Origin: Candidatus Hydrogenedentota bacterium
GTDB lineage: Bacteria; Hydrogenedentota; Hydrogenedentia; Hydrogenedentales; SLHB01
DNA length: 64,000 bases
Reading direction: 5' to 3'
NCBI GenBank assembly: GCA_045863295.1
Contig: BTWA01000012.1
Coordinates: 1-64,000 of the forward strand
The notes beneath the pieces were generated by a model, which worked only from the letters and a program-made list of their open reading frames with translations, searched no databases and was not told the DNA's origin. Shown one piece after another: positions 1-8,692 of the stretch; the stretch's first letter is position 1; every line of letters starts with the position of its first letter. The position numbers were made by a program, and so were the translations under genes.

Positions 1-4
1 TTTT

Positions 5-1258
5 GTGTTGGGACTGCTTTGCGGCGAAATGGCCGTGGGCGCGGGGGGATATTTGGTTGCCTATGCTGTGTTCATGGAGAAAGGTACGTGGCGCGACAGA
101 GCATTAACCATTGTACCCTATCTGTTCATGGGCGTTATTTGGTACATCCCTTACAAATTGGGGGGGTACGGGGCTTCCGGCACGGCATGGTATTGCGATC
201 CTGCCGAAGACCCTTTGGAGTTCGCAGGGCGGGTCTTCATCAATTTGCCGTTTCTTCTAACCAACACGCTTTTTGATTGGCCTTACGTACTTGCTGGAAT
301 TCCCCATTTCAAGATTTGGGCTCCTGTGCTTTGCTACTCGCTCATTGGCGGTACCGTGTTTCTTTGCTGGCCCATGTTCAAGCAGGAACCGGTAATGCGC
401 TTTTTCGCACTGGGGATGGTTCTGTGCCTTTTTCCCACACTCTCCATTTTTGTCCAACCGCGAGTGACCATCCTCGGCACAGTGGGCGGTATGGCGTTGG
501 TGGCAATGTACATCCGTCGTTGGTACGTCGGAGTTGCTGTTTCCGATGACGCCTCCAAAGTGCGCCGCTTCGCCGCCGCTTCGTTGGCAATTGTGTGGAT
601 TCTCCTTCATGGAGTTGTTGGTCCGGTGAACCTGTTTGCCATGAGCGGGCTAAAAGGTGCAGTCGCAAACCGAATGTTTGACACGATCGCCTCCATACCG
701 GCGGACGAAGCCGTCAAAGACAAAGACGTAGTCATTCTCAACACGCAGACGGATTACACGACTTGGTTAATGACGATTATGCGCGCCGCGAATGGGGTCC
801 CACTTCCCAAGACTTATCGAATGCTTAAGGCAGGTACCAAGCCGGGAGATGTGGAGCGCCGAAACGAAACAACGCTGGTGATGCATGCACCCGAGGGGTT
901 TACGTATGTCGAGAATTCCAGCGTCTATCGATCGGCGAAATATACCTTTTTGCCGGGGGATACCATTACACTGGATGGCATGACCGTTCGTATCGAAGAA
1001 GTCAATGAAGAAGGCTGGCCCACTCGGGTGGCGTTTGAGTTTGATAGTCCTCTTGACGATCCAAAGCGCCTTTTCATGTGTGCCATGCCCAAGGATCTGA
1101 TCATTGAGCGTATTGGAAGGACGATGAAAGTGGTCCGGTTCGTGACAGTGCCGTTGCCGGCAATCGGGGAACGCGTACCAATCACCGAGATTCTAAATCG
1201 CAGCCCTGAATACCATGAGAACCTTGCAAATCCGGAAGTACTGCGGCGATCGAGGTAA
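5..1258 (+). CDS. Multi-pass membrane protein with C-terminal soluble domain (5' truncated by the window edge; possibly GT-C-like)
   Basis: 417-aa ORF running from the window edge; several hydrophobic segments followed by a soluble domain; no diagnostic motif recognised. Confidence 0.6.
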   Translation: MLGLLCGEMAVGAGGYLVAYAVFMEKGTWRDRALTIVPYLFMGVIWYIPYKLGGYGASGTAWYCDPAEDPLEFAGRVFINLPFLLTNTLFDWPYVLAGIPHFKIWAPVLCYSLIGGTVFLCWPMFKQEPVMRFFALGMVLCLFPTLSIFVQPRVTILGTVGGMALVAMYIRRWYVGVAVSDDASKVRRFAAASLAIVWILLHGVVGPVNLFAMSGLKGAVANRMFDTIASIPADEAVKDKDVVILNTQTDYTTWLMTIMRAANGVPLPKTYRMLKAGTKPGDVERRNETTLVMHAPEGFTYVENSSVYRSAKYTFLPGDTITLDGMTVRIEEVNEEGWPTRVAFEFDSPLDDPKRLFMCAMPKDLIIERIGRTMKVVRFVTVPLPAIGERVPITEILNRSPEYHENLANPEVLRRSR

Positions 1259-1265
1259 CGCGGCC

Positions 1266-1287
1266 CGGCCTGTGCTCGGCCAGGCCG
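1266..1287. terminator. GC-rich hairpin between convergent genes
   Basis: CGGCCTG(1266-1272)-N8-CAGGCCG(1281-1287); no U-tract. Confidence 0.3.
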
Positions 1288-1314
1288 CGGTGGTTCGCCA
1301 TGTATATCTCAATT

Positions 1315-1419
1315 TCAGCCAAAGATATCGAAAATGTAGAAGAGTGCGGAGAGAAACTCATCCACATCCAATCCGAAGATGGCCGTGACCAGTCCCAGAA
1401 TAATCAGCAGAACTTCCAT
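1315..1419 (-). CDS. 34-aa hydrophobic small protein MEVLLIILGLVTAIFGLDVDEFLSALFYIFDIFG (below the ORF-track cutoff)
   Basis: ATG at 1419, TGA at 1315-1317, AAGGAG RBS 7 nt upstream (1427-1432); fills an otherwise empty intergenic gap. Confidence 0.6.
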   Translation of the reverse strand: MEVLLIILGLVTAIFGLDVDEFLSALFYIFDIFG

Positions 1420-1582
1420 CGTATTACTCCTTGCAAGTTGGAAACCACTCCTCCATATCCAGACGGTTCCTATTCAATTCTTATTCACTGGCCCCAATTG
1501 AATTGGAAACCCCGGATTGATTAGCGTCTAGGTCGCGGCCGATGCGCACTCCGGTAATCAACGTCACCGGCGGAAAACCCAT

Positions 1583-2773
1583 ATGGAACGAACGTACACC
1601 TATTATAAACGAGCCACCGAAGGGCATGTCATGCCATTTGCGTTCGTCGATTTGGATTTATTCGACCGTAATATACGCGACATACAGGCAAGAGCGAATG
1701 GAAAGTCTGTTCGCGTCGCATCCAAGTCAATCCGGTCGGTGCCATTGATTGAGCGAATTTTGCAAGCTGATTCTACTTTTAAGGGGATTATGGCGTATTC
1801 CGTGCGGGAGGCAGTCTTTCTCAGTCACTCCGGTCTGGACGATATCCTGGTGGCTTACCCAGCTATGCGTGAAGTGCAAGGTTCTGGCGTACTTGACGAA
1901 ATGCGCCGGGGCAAGCAAATCGTACTCATGATTGACAGCGAAGAGCATGTCCATTTTCTCGACCGGTGCGGGCGCGAGATGGATGTGCAAATACCGGTTT
2001 GCATGGATTTGGATATGTCCACCGAGTTTCCGGGACTGCACTTTGGAGTCTGGCGATCCCCGGTACGGTCCGCGAGACTTGCGGCGGGACTCACACAAGT
2101 GGTCAAACGATGTGACTACGTACGACTTGATGGATTAATGGGATACGAGGCACAAATCGCGGGCCTACCCGATAACGCGCCGAGTCAGTTGCTCAAAAAC
2201 ACAATAGTCAGGTTCATGAAATCCAGATCTATACGGGAGATCCGGCGGCGAAGGGCAGATTCAGTGAAAGCCATTTCAGACAATGGCGTGAAGCTACGAT
2301 TTGTAAATGGCGGGGGAACCGGCAGTGTGGAGTCTACCTCGCAGGAATCTGATGTGACGGAAGTTGCCGTCGGGTCCGGCTTCTTCTCTCCGGTCCTTTT
2401 CGATTGGTATCGTGGTTTTAAGCATCATCCGGCGGCCGGCTTCGCCATTGAAATCACGCGCAAGCCGACACAGGGCCTTTTCACATGCTCTGGAGGGGGG
2501 TATGTCGCCTCCGGGCCCATTGGAAAAGAAAAATTACCTTGTCCATACCTGCCAGACGGGGCGACTCTCCTGCCATTGGAAGGGGCGGGTGAGGTTCAGA
2601 CCCCGATTCGTTACGCCGGAAAAGAACCCTTGGATCTAGGTGATCCGGTTTTCATGCGATATAGCAAGGCAGGTGAGATGTGCGAACGCTTTAATTCGTT
2701 GTTACTTATTGCGAAAGGGGAAGTTGTGGACGAAGTGCCTACTTATCGTGGCGAAGGCCAGTTCTTCATTTAA
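1583..2773 (+). CDS. PLP-dependent alanine-racemase-fold enzyme (D-serine deaminase / D-threonine aldolase-like)
   Basis: RVASKSIR (PLP lysine), GLMGYEAQIAG, NGGGTGS, EVAVGSG, KAGEMCERF motifs. Confidence 0.85.
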   Translation: MERTYTYYKRATEGHVMPFAFVDLDLFDRNIRDIQARANGKSVRVASKSIRSVPLIERILQADSTFKGIMAYSVREAVFLSHSGLDDILVAYPAMREVQGSGVLDEMRRGKQIVLMIDSEEHVHFLDRCGREMDVQIPVCMDLDMSTEFPGLHFGVWRSPVRSARLAAGLTQVVKRCDYVRLDGLMGYEAQIAGLPDNAPSQLLKNTIVRFMKSRSIREIRRRRADSVKAISDNGVKLRFVNGGGTGSVESTSQESDVTEVAVGSGFFSPVLFDWYRGFKHHPAAGFAIEITRKPTQGLFTCSGGGYVASGPIGKEKLPCPYLPDGATLLPLEGAGEVQTPIRYAGKEPLDLGDPVFMRYSKAGEMCERFNSLLLIAKGEVVDEVPTYRGEGQFFI

Positions 2774-2802
2774 TTGGTTCCTTATGAGCACCGTTTCTTA
2801 AT

Positions 2803-2831
2803 TTGCTTCCTATTAACCTATATGTTAATAT
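2803..2831 (+). promoter_or_regulatory. Sigma70-type promoter with a perfect palindromic operator TATTAAC-N6-GTTAATA (2811-2830)
   Basis: TTGCTT (2803-2808), 17-nt spacer, TG-n-TAATAT (-10 at 2826-2831); the inverted repeat fills the spacer and overlaps -10. Confidence 0.65.
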
Positions 2832-2871
2832 CGACTTGTGTCCTCTGCAAAAGTTGCCACTGGAGATGACC

Positions 2872-3264
2872 ATGCAATCCTCTTTCGCACACAGTCCGGA
2901 ATCGACGCCAACGTTCGCGGGCGATATGAATCCGCTGGCATCCGTTGTAAACTCCGAGATCCGTAGGCGGTTGAAGTCTCTAGGTTTTAGTCAAGAGGAC
3001 TTAGCTACACGACTCGGTGTATCGGCGGCTCGGGTATCCAAATTGTTGGGTGACCACAACAACATCACGCTCAAGACAATGGCGGCCATTGCTTCGGCAC
3101 TTGATGCCCACTGGACAGGAATTGGGTTGACGCCGGATGAATTGGCTGACGATTCGGAATTCGAACACATGATGGAGCGCCGGGCAGTCCGCTCCGACGC
3201 GTCGGACTCCTGGTCTCGCAGCGGAAAGGAAGGTCATGTCATCGACTTCTGCGCTGCAGCTTAA
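2872..3264 (+). CDS. XRE/Cro-family HTH regulator (HigA-like antitoxin type) with an extended C-terminal tail
   Basis: LKSLGFSQEDLATRLGVSAARVSKLLGDHNNITLKTMAAIASALD is a classic XRE HTH; GGAG RBS before ATG 2872; tail ends VIDFCAAA. Confidence 0.85.
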   Translation: MQSSFAHSPESTPTFAGDMNPLASVVNSEIRRRLKSLGFSQEDLATRLGVSAARVSKLLGDHNNITLKTMAAIASALDAHWTGIGLTPDELADDSEFEHMMERRAVRSDASDSWSRSGKEGHVIDFCAAA

Positions 3265-3688
3265 GGCGTGCCGCATACGCGAGTTCGTATTGAGTAGCCT
3301 CCCGGCAGAGGCGGGGGCCAATTTTCAATTGTCGTTCAGCGTACGTCGTCGCCGGAATGAGAATGTGTTCAAAATACCGTTGGTTTTACAGGTTCAGATC
3401 AAAGAACCACACGTATGCCTTGTACGGCTCTCACTGGACGCCGTTTTTATTCTTCCCAAGGACTATTCAGAAGAAGAAATACGGCAATACGTGCCCGGCG
3501 TTTGTCTGGCCAATCTTTATAGCATGGCTCGCGGAATTGTGGCACAGTCGAGCGGCATGTTTGAAGGTGGTCCGTTTCTGTTGCCAGTCGTTAATATGAA
3601 TGAATTACTGAAATCATCGGTCGAAGAAATGGCGCCGCCCGAGGTGGCTGTTGGTCGGGTAGAATCGGGCAAACCCCGCATGCAGTGA
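3236..3688 (+). CDS. SecB-like chaperone
   Basis: 150 aa; N-terminal LQLKACRIREF strand and C-terminal LANLYSMARGIVAQ..GPFLLPVVNM resemble the SecB LFPYAR...PLxLxPINF signature; overlaps the HTH gene by 29 nt. Confidence 0.75.
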   Translation: MSSTSALQLKACRIREFVLSSLPAEAGANFQLSFSVRRRRNENVFKIPLVLQVQIKEPHVCLVRLSLDAVFILPKDYSEEEIRQYVPGVCLANLYSMARGIVAQSSGMFEGGPFLLPVVNMNELLKSSVEEMAPPEVAVGRVESGKPRMQ

Positions 3689-3750
3689 ATCGAATGCCCC
3701 AAGTCGATGGATGGCGTGCGGCCTTTACGATATCAGGAGTATGAGTATCT

Positions 3751-6501
3751 GTGGTTACCTCAATGTTGAATCGCATCTTTGGCACGGACAACGAACGCCG
3801 TGTAAAAAAGCTTCTCCCCACGCTGCAACGAGTACGCGATTTCGAACGGGAATACGTAAAGAAGACGGATTCCGAATTACGAGCGCTTACGGGCGATTTC
3901 AAAGAGCGGATTAGCCAGGGCGCTTCCCTCGATGATGTTCTTCCGGAAGCCTATGCGGCGGTATCCGAAGCGGCAAAACGTGTGGCCGGGATGAGACCAT
4001 TTGATGTTCAGATTATCGGTGGCATGGTGCTTCATCAGGGCTGCATCGCCGAAATGGTGACCGGCGAAGGCAAGACACTCGTGGCCACATTGCCCGTATA
4101 TTTGAATGCGCTATCCGGCAAAGGCGTACATGTTATTACGGTCAACGATTACCTGGCTCGCCGCGACAGGGAATGGATGGGTCCGATCTATGAGTTTCTT
4201 GGACTCTCCGTCGGTTTGATCCAGCATCACATGGAAGGTCCTGAGAAGCAAGTTGGATACCGTGCTGATCTTACATACGGTACAAACAGCGAAATGGGAT
4301 TCGACTATTTGCGCGATAACATGGCGACGCACATCTCGCACCGGCTTCAGCGGGAATTGAACTTTGCCATTGTCGACGAGATCGACTCAATTCTCATTGA
4401 CGAAGCGCGAACCCCGCTCATTATTTCGGGCCGGCCCATGAAGAATACAGAGTTGTACTACAAAGTCGACGAAGCGGTGCGCAAGATCCGCAAAGAAGCG
4501 GACTACGAACTGGATGAAAAAGGCCGTCACGTTATGCTCACCGAAGACGGCATGGAAAATGTGGAGCGGCTGCTGGGCGTCGACAATCTCTATGTGCAGG
4601 ATTCGCTGGCGATTGTACACATGGTGGAGCAGGCTTTGCGTGCCCACAATTTTTACAAGAAGGACGACGAGTATGTCGTACGCAATGGCCAGGTGATGCT
4701 TGTCGATGAGTTTACCGGCAGAATAATGGAAGGCCGGAGGTTGAGCGACGGGTTGCATCAGGCGATTGAAGCCAAGGAACGAGTTCCGGTTCACTACGAG
4801 ACCCAGACCATTGCAAGCATTACTTACCAGAACTATTTCCGTCTCTACAACAAATTGGCGGGGATGACCGGTACGGCGGCAACCGAAGCGTCAGAGTTTC
4901 TTGCGATATACGGGTTGGAGGTTGTGCAGATACCCACGAACTTACCACTAGTGCGCGCTGATCTTAACGATCTTATCTTTGCCACGGAGAATGGCAAATT
5001 CAACCACGTTATCCGGGAAATAGAGGAATTTCACAACGCGGGCCGACCTGTATTGGTGGGCACGGTTTCCATTGAGAAATCAGAACGCGTAGCGGAACTC
5101 TTGAAGGAACGTGGGATTAGTGAGTTTGAGGTGCTCAATGCCAAATACCACGAACGGGAAGCGGCGATTATCGCCAACGCCGGCAAGCGTAAGGCAATTA
5201 CGATAGCGACCAACATGGCCGGTCGCGGAACCGATATCAAACTCGGTGAGGGCGTACGTGAATTGGGTGGATTGGCCGTCATTGGCACGGAGCGGCATGA
5301 ATCGAGGCGCATCGACAACCAATTGCGTGGACGATGCGGCCGGCAGGGCGATCCCGGCACTACACGATTTTACGTGAGCCTTGAGGATGAAGTAGCCCGA
5401 TTGTTTGGGGGCGACAAGGTCAAGCGTATGCTCGAATGGTTCGGAAGTCAGGAAGAAATGGATGAAGAGCCATTGAGCCAGCGAATGGTCCATCGTTCGA
5501 TTGAGCGCGCACAACGCCAGGTGGAAATGCACAACTTTGAAATCCGAAAGCACGTCAAAGAGTACGACGACGTGATGGACCGCCAACGCAAAATCATCTA
5601 CGAAACGCGAAAGTCGGTACTTGAAGATCGGGACGTGACCGAGCAGATGCATGCCCGTTTCGAGGGCATAATCGCGGACCTAGTGGATGAATATGCTGCT
5701 GACGACAAGATGCCCGATGAATGGGATTTGGACGGTTTGGTCAGCCGGTTCAAACACACGTTTGGGTTCGAACCCAACGTAAGCGGTGAAGGAGAAGGCG
5801 AGCCCAAGCCGCTCGTGGATGATTTGTTCGATCAGGTTCACACAGAGTACATACGCCGCGAAAGGGCCATCCAGGAGGAAATCCGGGCCAGTTTTCGCGA
5901 GCAAGTCGGAGGCGACGAGTCTCGTATCGACTTTGCGAAGATGGCGCGAAAGCAGATGCACAGTTTCGAAATGATGACACTATTGAAAGCGGTGGACGAT
6001 CGTTGGATTGAGCATCTCTATACAATGGATTACTTACGTGAATCCGTCCGGCTTCGGGCATTCGGACAAAAGGATCCCCTGGTCGAGTACAAGACTGAAG
6101 CATTTGACCTGTTTACTGACATGATGCGAAATATCGACGAGAACGTTGTTCAGACCCTGTTTCGGCTTACCGACCCCGAGGTGTGGAAAGCCCGGCGTTT
6201 GCAGGCGCGACAAGGTGTACAAGGCACACGGGAAGATCCGATTGCCCAATTCAGCAACTATTCCATGGTAGGAGCAGATAAGGAACAGGATCGCAGCTTT
6301 GCGGCATTTGACACAAGCAAATTCAACCTTGCGGGCGGGTCCGCATTGGCCAAGGCGAACGAAGAGGATGGCGAGAGCCGCTCCGAGCAAAAGCCGAAGC
6401 AGCTGCCCGTCAGGAATATGACACCGACGGTCAAACCCAACGATCCGTGTCCATGCGGCAGCGGGAAGAAGTACAAGAAGTGTTGCGGCGCCATGTCTTA
6501 A
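3751..6501 (+). CDS. secA: Preprotein translocase ATPase SecA
   Basis: AEMVTGEGKT, VDEIDSILIDEARTPLIISG, IATNMAGRGTDI, RRIDNQLRGRCGRQGDPG and C-terminal SEC-C PNDPCPCGSGKKYKKCC. Confidence 0.99.
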   Translation: MVTSMLNRIFGTDNERRVKKLLPTLQRVRDFEREYVKKTDSELRALTGDFKERISQGASLDDVLPEAYAAVSEAAKRVAGMRPFDVQIIGGMVLHQGCIAEMVTGEGKTLVATLPVYLNALSGKGVHVITVNDYLARRDREWMGPIYEFLGLSVGLIQHHMEGPEKQVGYRADLTYGTNSEMGFDYLRDNMATHISHRLQRELNFAIVDEIDSILIDEARTPLIISGRPMKNTELYYKVDEAVRKIRKEADYELDEKGRHVMLTEDGMENVERLLGVDNLYVQDSLAIVHMVEQALRAHNFYKKDDEYVVRNGQVMLVDEFTGRIMEGRRLSDGLHQAIEAKERVPVHYETQTIASITYQNYFRLYNKLAGMTGTAATEASEFLAIYGLEVVQIPTNLPLVRADLNDLIFATENGKFNHVIREIEEFHNAGRPVLVGTVSIEKSERVAELLKERGISEFEVLNAKYHEREAAIIANAGKRKAITIATNMAGRGTDIKLGEGVRELGGLAVIGTERHESRRIDNQLRGRCGRQGDPGTTRFYVSLEDEVARLFGGDKVKRMLEWFGSQEEMDEEPLSQRMVHRSIERAQRQVEMHNFEIRKHVKEYDDVMDRQRKIIYETRKSVLEDRDVTEQMHARFEGIIADLVDEYAADDKMPDEWDLDGLVSRFKHTFGFEPNVSGEGEGEPKPLVDDLFDQVHTEYIRRERAIQEEIRASFREQVGGDESRIDFAKMARKQMHSFEMMTLLKAVDDRWIEHLYTMDYLRESVRLRAFGQKDPLVEYKTEAFDLFTDMMRNIDENVVQTLFRLTDPEVWKARRLQARQGVQGTREDPIAQFSNYSMVGADKEQDRSFAAFDTSKFNLAGGSALAKANEEDGESRSEQKPKQLPVRNMTPTVKPNDPCPCGSGKKYKKCCGAMS

Positions 6502-7967
6502 AGATAGCCTGCACGGGTATAACACTGTTTTGGCTTGCCATGATGGGCCTCCTGGTCTACCGGGAGGCATTTGTTCCTCGCATCAAGGCTGGGGATCTTG
6601 CTGCTTCCACGTATCGCGATGAGCCTTCCGAACAATGGCTGGGGGTCTATCTGGCCGAGCGGCGGATTGGTTATGTAAATCTTCGCAGTTACCCTGTCGT
6701 CCAAGGGGGAGTTTCGGGAACCAGCATGTCGATGACCGCCAACCTCGCGATCGATGTATTGCAACAAGGCGGTGATATGGACATGAGGGGAAGTGCTTGG
6801 ATCGCGCGTGACACAGGCTTACGTGACATCTCTTTTCAGATGACATCCGCAGGCCAACGAATTTCCCTGAGGGGCGAGGTTGTCAAGGGCGTCCTGAAGG
6901 GAGCAGTCGAAATGGCCGGTGAGACAATGCCGGTGGAGTGGCCCGTGGGTAAGGACGTCATGCTTTGGAATAATATGGGTGTCTCCGCGCTGTCCATGCC
7001 GGTCATCGAAGTGGGAGAGGAGTATGTTGTGAGCATGGTCGATCCCTTGACTTTGAGCGCAGGCGATGCGCGAATTCGCTGCGTGGCGGAATCGGCCATG
7101 GAATTCGAAGGAGAATCCATCACCGTTCGCGAAATGACCATTGATATGAACGGGAACGAATCTCGGGCCTGGGTGAATTTGGAAGGTGAAGTTCAACGGA
7201 TTGAGACCGGCATGGGCTTAACATTACAGCGAACGACAGCGGATGCATTGTTTGCTGAAAAGAATGCCGACACTGGCGATATAACCCCCAACGAAATCAT
7301 GGCCATACACCCTAGTGGTAAGACTCCCTTCGAAGGGGCGCGGCGAATGCGAGTCCGATTAAGCGGTCATCGTCTGGATCAAGAAATCCCGCGGGACACG
7401 ACGCAGACAATCAAGGACGATGGGCTGGAAATTATTGTACCGGACGCAATGGATTTTGGCGGTGCGAGTGTGAATCCGAAATTGTATGAAGCTTACTTAT
7501 CTCCGGGAGCGTTTATTCAATCCAACGATCCGGCGATTAGGGAACAGGCGAGAGCCATCGTGGGAAAAGAATCGGATTCATGGAAGCAGGTTTCTCTGTT
7601 GTATACCTGGGTCTTCGAAAATATCGACAAGATACCGGCGCTAAGTATACCTTCAGCGACTGAAGTGCTTGCGTCTCGTCGGGGTGACTGTAACGAGCAT
7701 ACCGTACTTTTTACGGCGCTAGCGCGGTCTCTCGGTATTCCCACACGCATTGCCATAGGTTTGATGTGGGGTGAAGATGGCAAGTGCTTTTATTATCATG
7801 CTTGGCCTGAGGTGTTCATGGACAAGTGGATTTGGGTCGATCCCACGTATGGTCAGCTTATTGCCGACGCAACGCATATCAAGCTATTGAATGGAGATAT
7901 TGAGGCTTGGCCCCGGTTAATAGGATTCGTAGGCGGGCTGAAGATCGAGGTCCTTGAGGTCGAATGA
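6447..7967 (+). CDS. N-anchored transglutaminase-like (cysteine protease fold) protein; true start probably near 6480, overlapping the secA end
   Basis: N-terminal TM segment; catalytic triad motifs GDCNEH, HAWPE, WVDPT. Confidence 0.85.
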   Translation: MSMRQREEVQEVLRRHVLKIACTGITLFWLAMMGLLVYREAFVPRIKAGDLAASTYRDEPSEQWLGVYLAERRIGYVNLRSYPVVQGGVSGTSMSMTANLAIDVLQQGGDMDMRGSAWIARDTGLRDISFQMTSAGQRISLRGEVVKGVLKGAVEMAGETMPVEWPVGKDVMLWNNMGVSALSMPVIEVGEEYVVSMVDPLTLSAGDARIRCVAESAMEFEGESITVREMTIDMNGNESRAWVNLEGEVQRIETGMGLTLQRTTADALFAEKNADTGDITPNEIMAIHPSGKTPFEGARRMRVRLSGHRLDQEIPRDTTQTIKDDGLEIIVPDAMDFGGASVNPKLYEAYLSPGAFIQSNDPAIREQARAIVGKESDSWKQVSLLYTWVFENIDKIPALSIPSATEVLASRRGDCNEHTVLFTALARSLGIPTRIAIGLMWGEDGKCFYYHAWPEVFMDKWIWVDPTYGQLIADATHIKLLNGDIEAWPRLIGFVGGLKIEVLEVE

Positions 7968-8692
7968 TAGAAATTCAGAATCTTACCAAACGATTCGGCG
8001 CCAAAGTCGCCGTGGATTCCCTGAATCTCTCTGTTGATCGAGGAGAGTTTTTTTGTTTTTTGGGCCCAAACGGCGCAGGTAAGACAACAACCATAAAGAT
8101 GCTGACAGGGTTACTTAAGCCTAGTGACGGCATTGCGATGCTGGGTGGCGTTGACATTCAGCGTGAGCCCGTGGCCGCAAAATCATTGTTGGGATATGTT
8201 CCCGATACTCCGTTCCTCTATGAAAAACTTACGGGACGCGAGTTCATGCGATTTGTTGCTGGACTGTATCAATTGCCTCAGGAAGTCTTGAATGGAACGT
8301 GCGAGCACCTGCTAGAGCTTTTTGAGGTGCGGCATGTGGGCGACCAGTTGATAGAACACTATAGTCACGGTATGCGGCAAAAACTTTCCTTTGCGGCCTG
8401 TTTCTTGCATGAACCCAAGATAGTGATAGTAGACGAACCCTGGGTCGGACTGGATCCCAAGAATATCCGTTTCGTCAAAGACTATCTGAAAAAGAGAACG
8501 AATGAAGGGTTGACCGTCTTTATGTCTACCCATTCTCTGTCGGTGATTGAAGATGTAGCCGATCGCATCGGAATTATTTATAACGGAAAGCTTCGCCATA
8601 CGGGCACATTGAAGGAAATCCTGGCCCTTTCCAGAAACCCCGGATCGTTGGAGGATGTTTTTCTCGAACTGACGCGGGACGACGCGGAATGA
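7964..8692 (+). CDS. ABC transporter ATP-binding protein (ABC-2/CcmA-like)
   Basis: GPNGAGKTT, YSHGMRQK, IVDEP, STH; ATGA overlap with the upstream gene. Confidence 0.95.
   Translation: MIEIQNLTKRFGAKVAVDSLNLSVDRGEFFCFLGPNGAGKTTTIKMLTGLLKPSDGIAMLGGVDIQREPVAAKSLLGYVPDTPFLYEKLTGREFMRFVAGLYQLPQEVLNGTCEHLLELFEVRHVGDQLIEHYSHGMRQKLSFAACFLHEPKIVIVDEPWVGLDPKNIRFVKDYLKKRTNEGLTVFMSTHSLSVIEDVADRIGIIYNGKLRHTGTLKEILALSRNPGSLEDVFLELTRDDAE

Noticed and set aside
1300..1524. 74-aa + strand ORF
   Set aside because: No RBS or motif; the opposite-strand 34-aa ORF with a strong RBS explains the region better.
2774..2871. Hidden toxin gene upstream of the XRE antitoxin-like gene
   Set aside because: Only 98 bp, occupied by promoter and operator; no RelE/HigB-like remnant seen.
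3711..3914. Possible SecM-like leader ORF overlapping the secA start
   Set aside because: AGGAG is only 1 nt from its internal ATG and fits the secA GTG better; no signal or arrest-like features.
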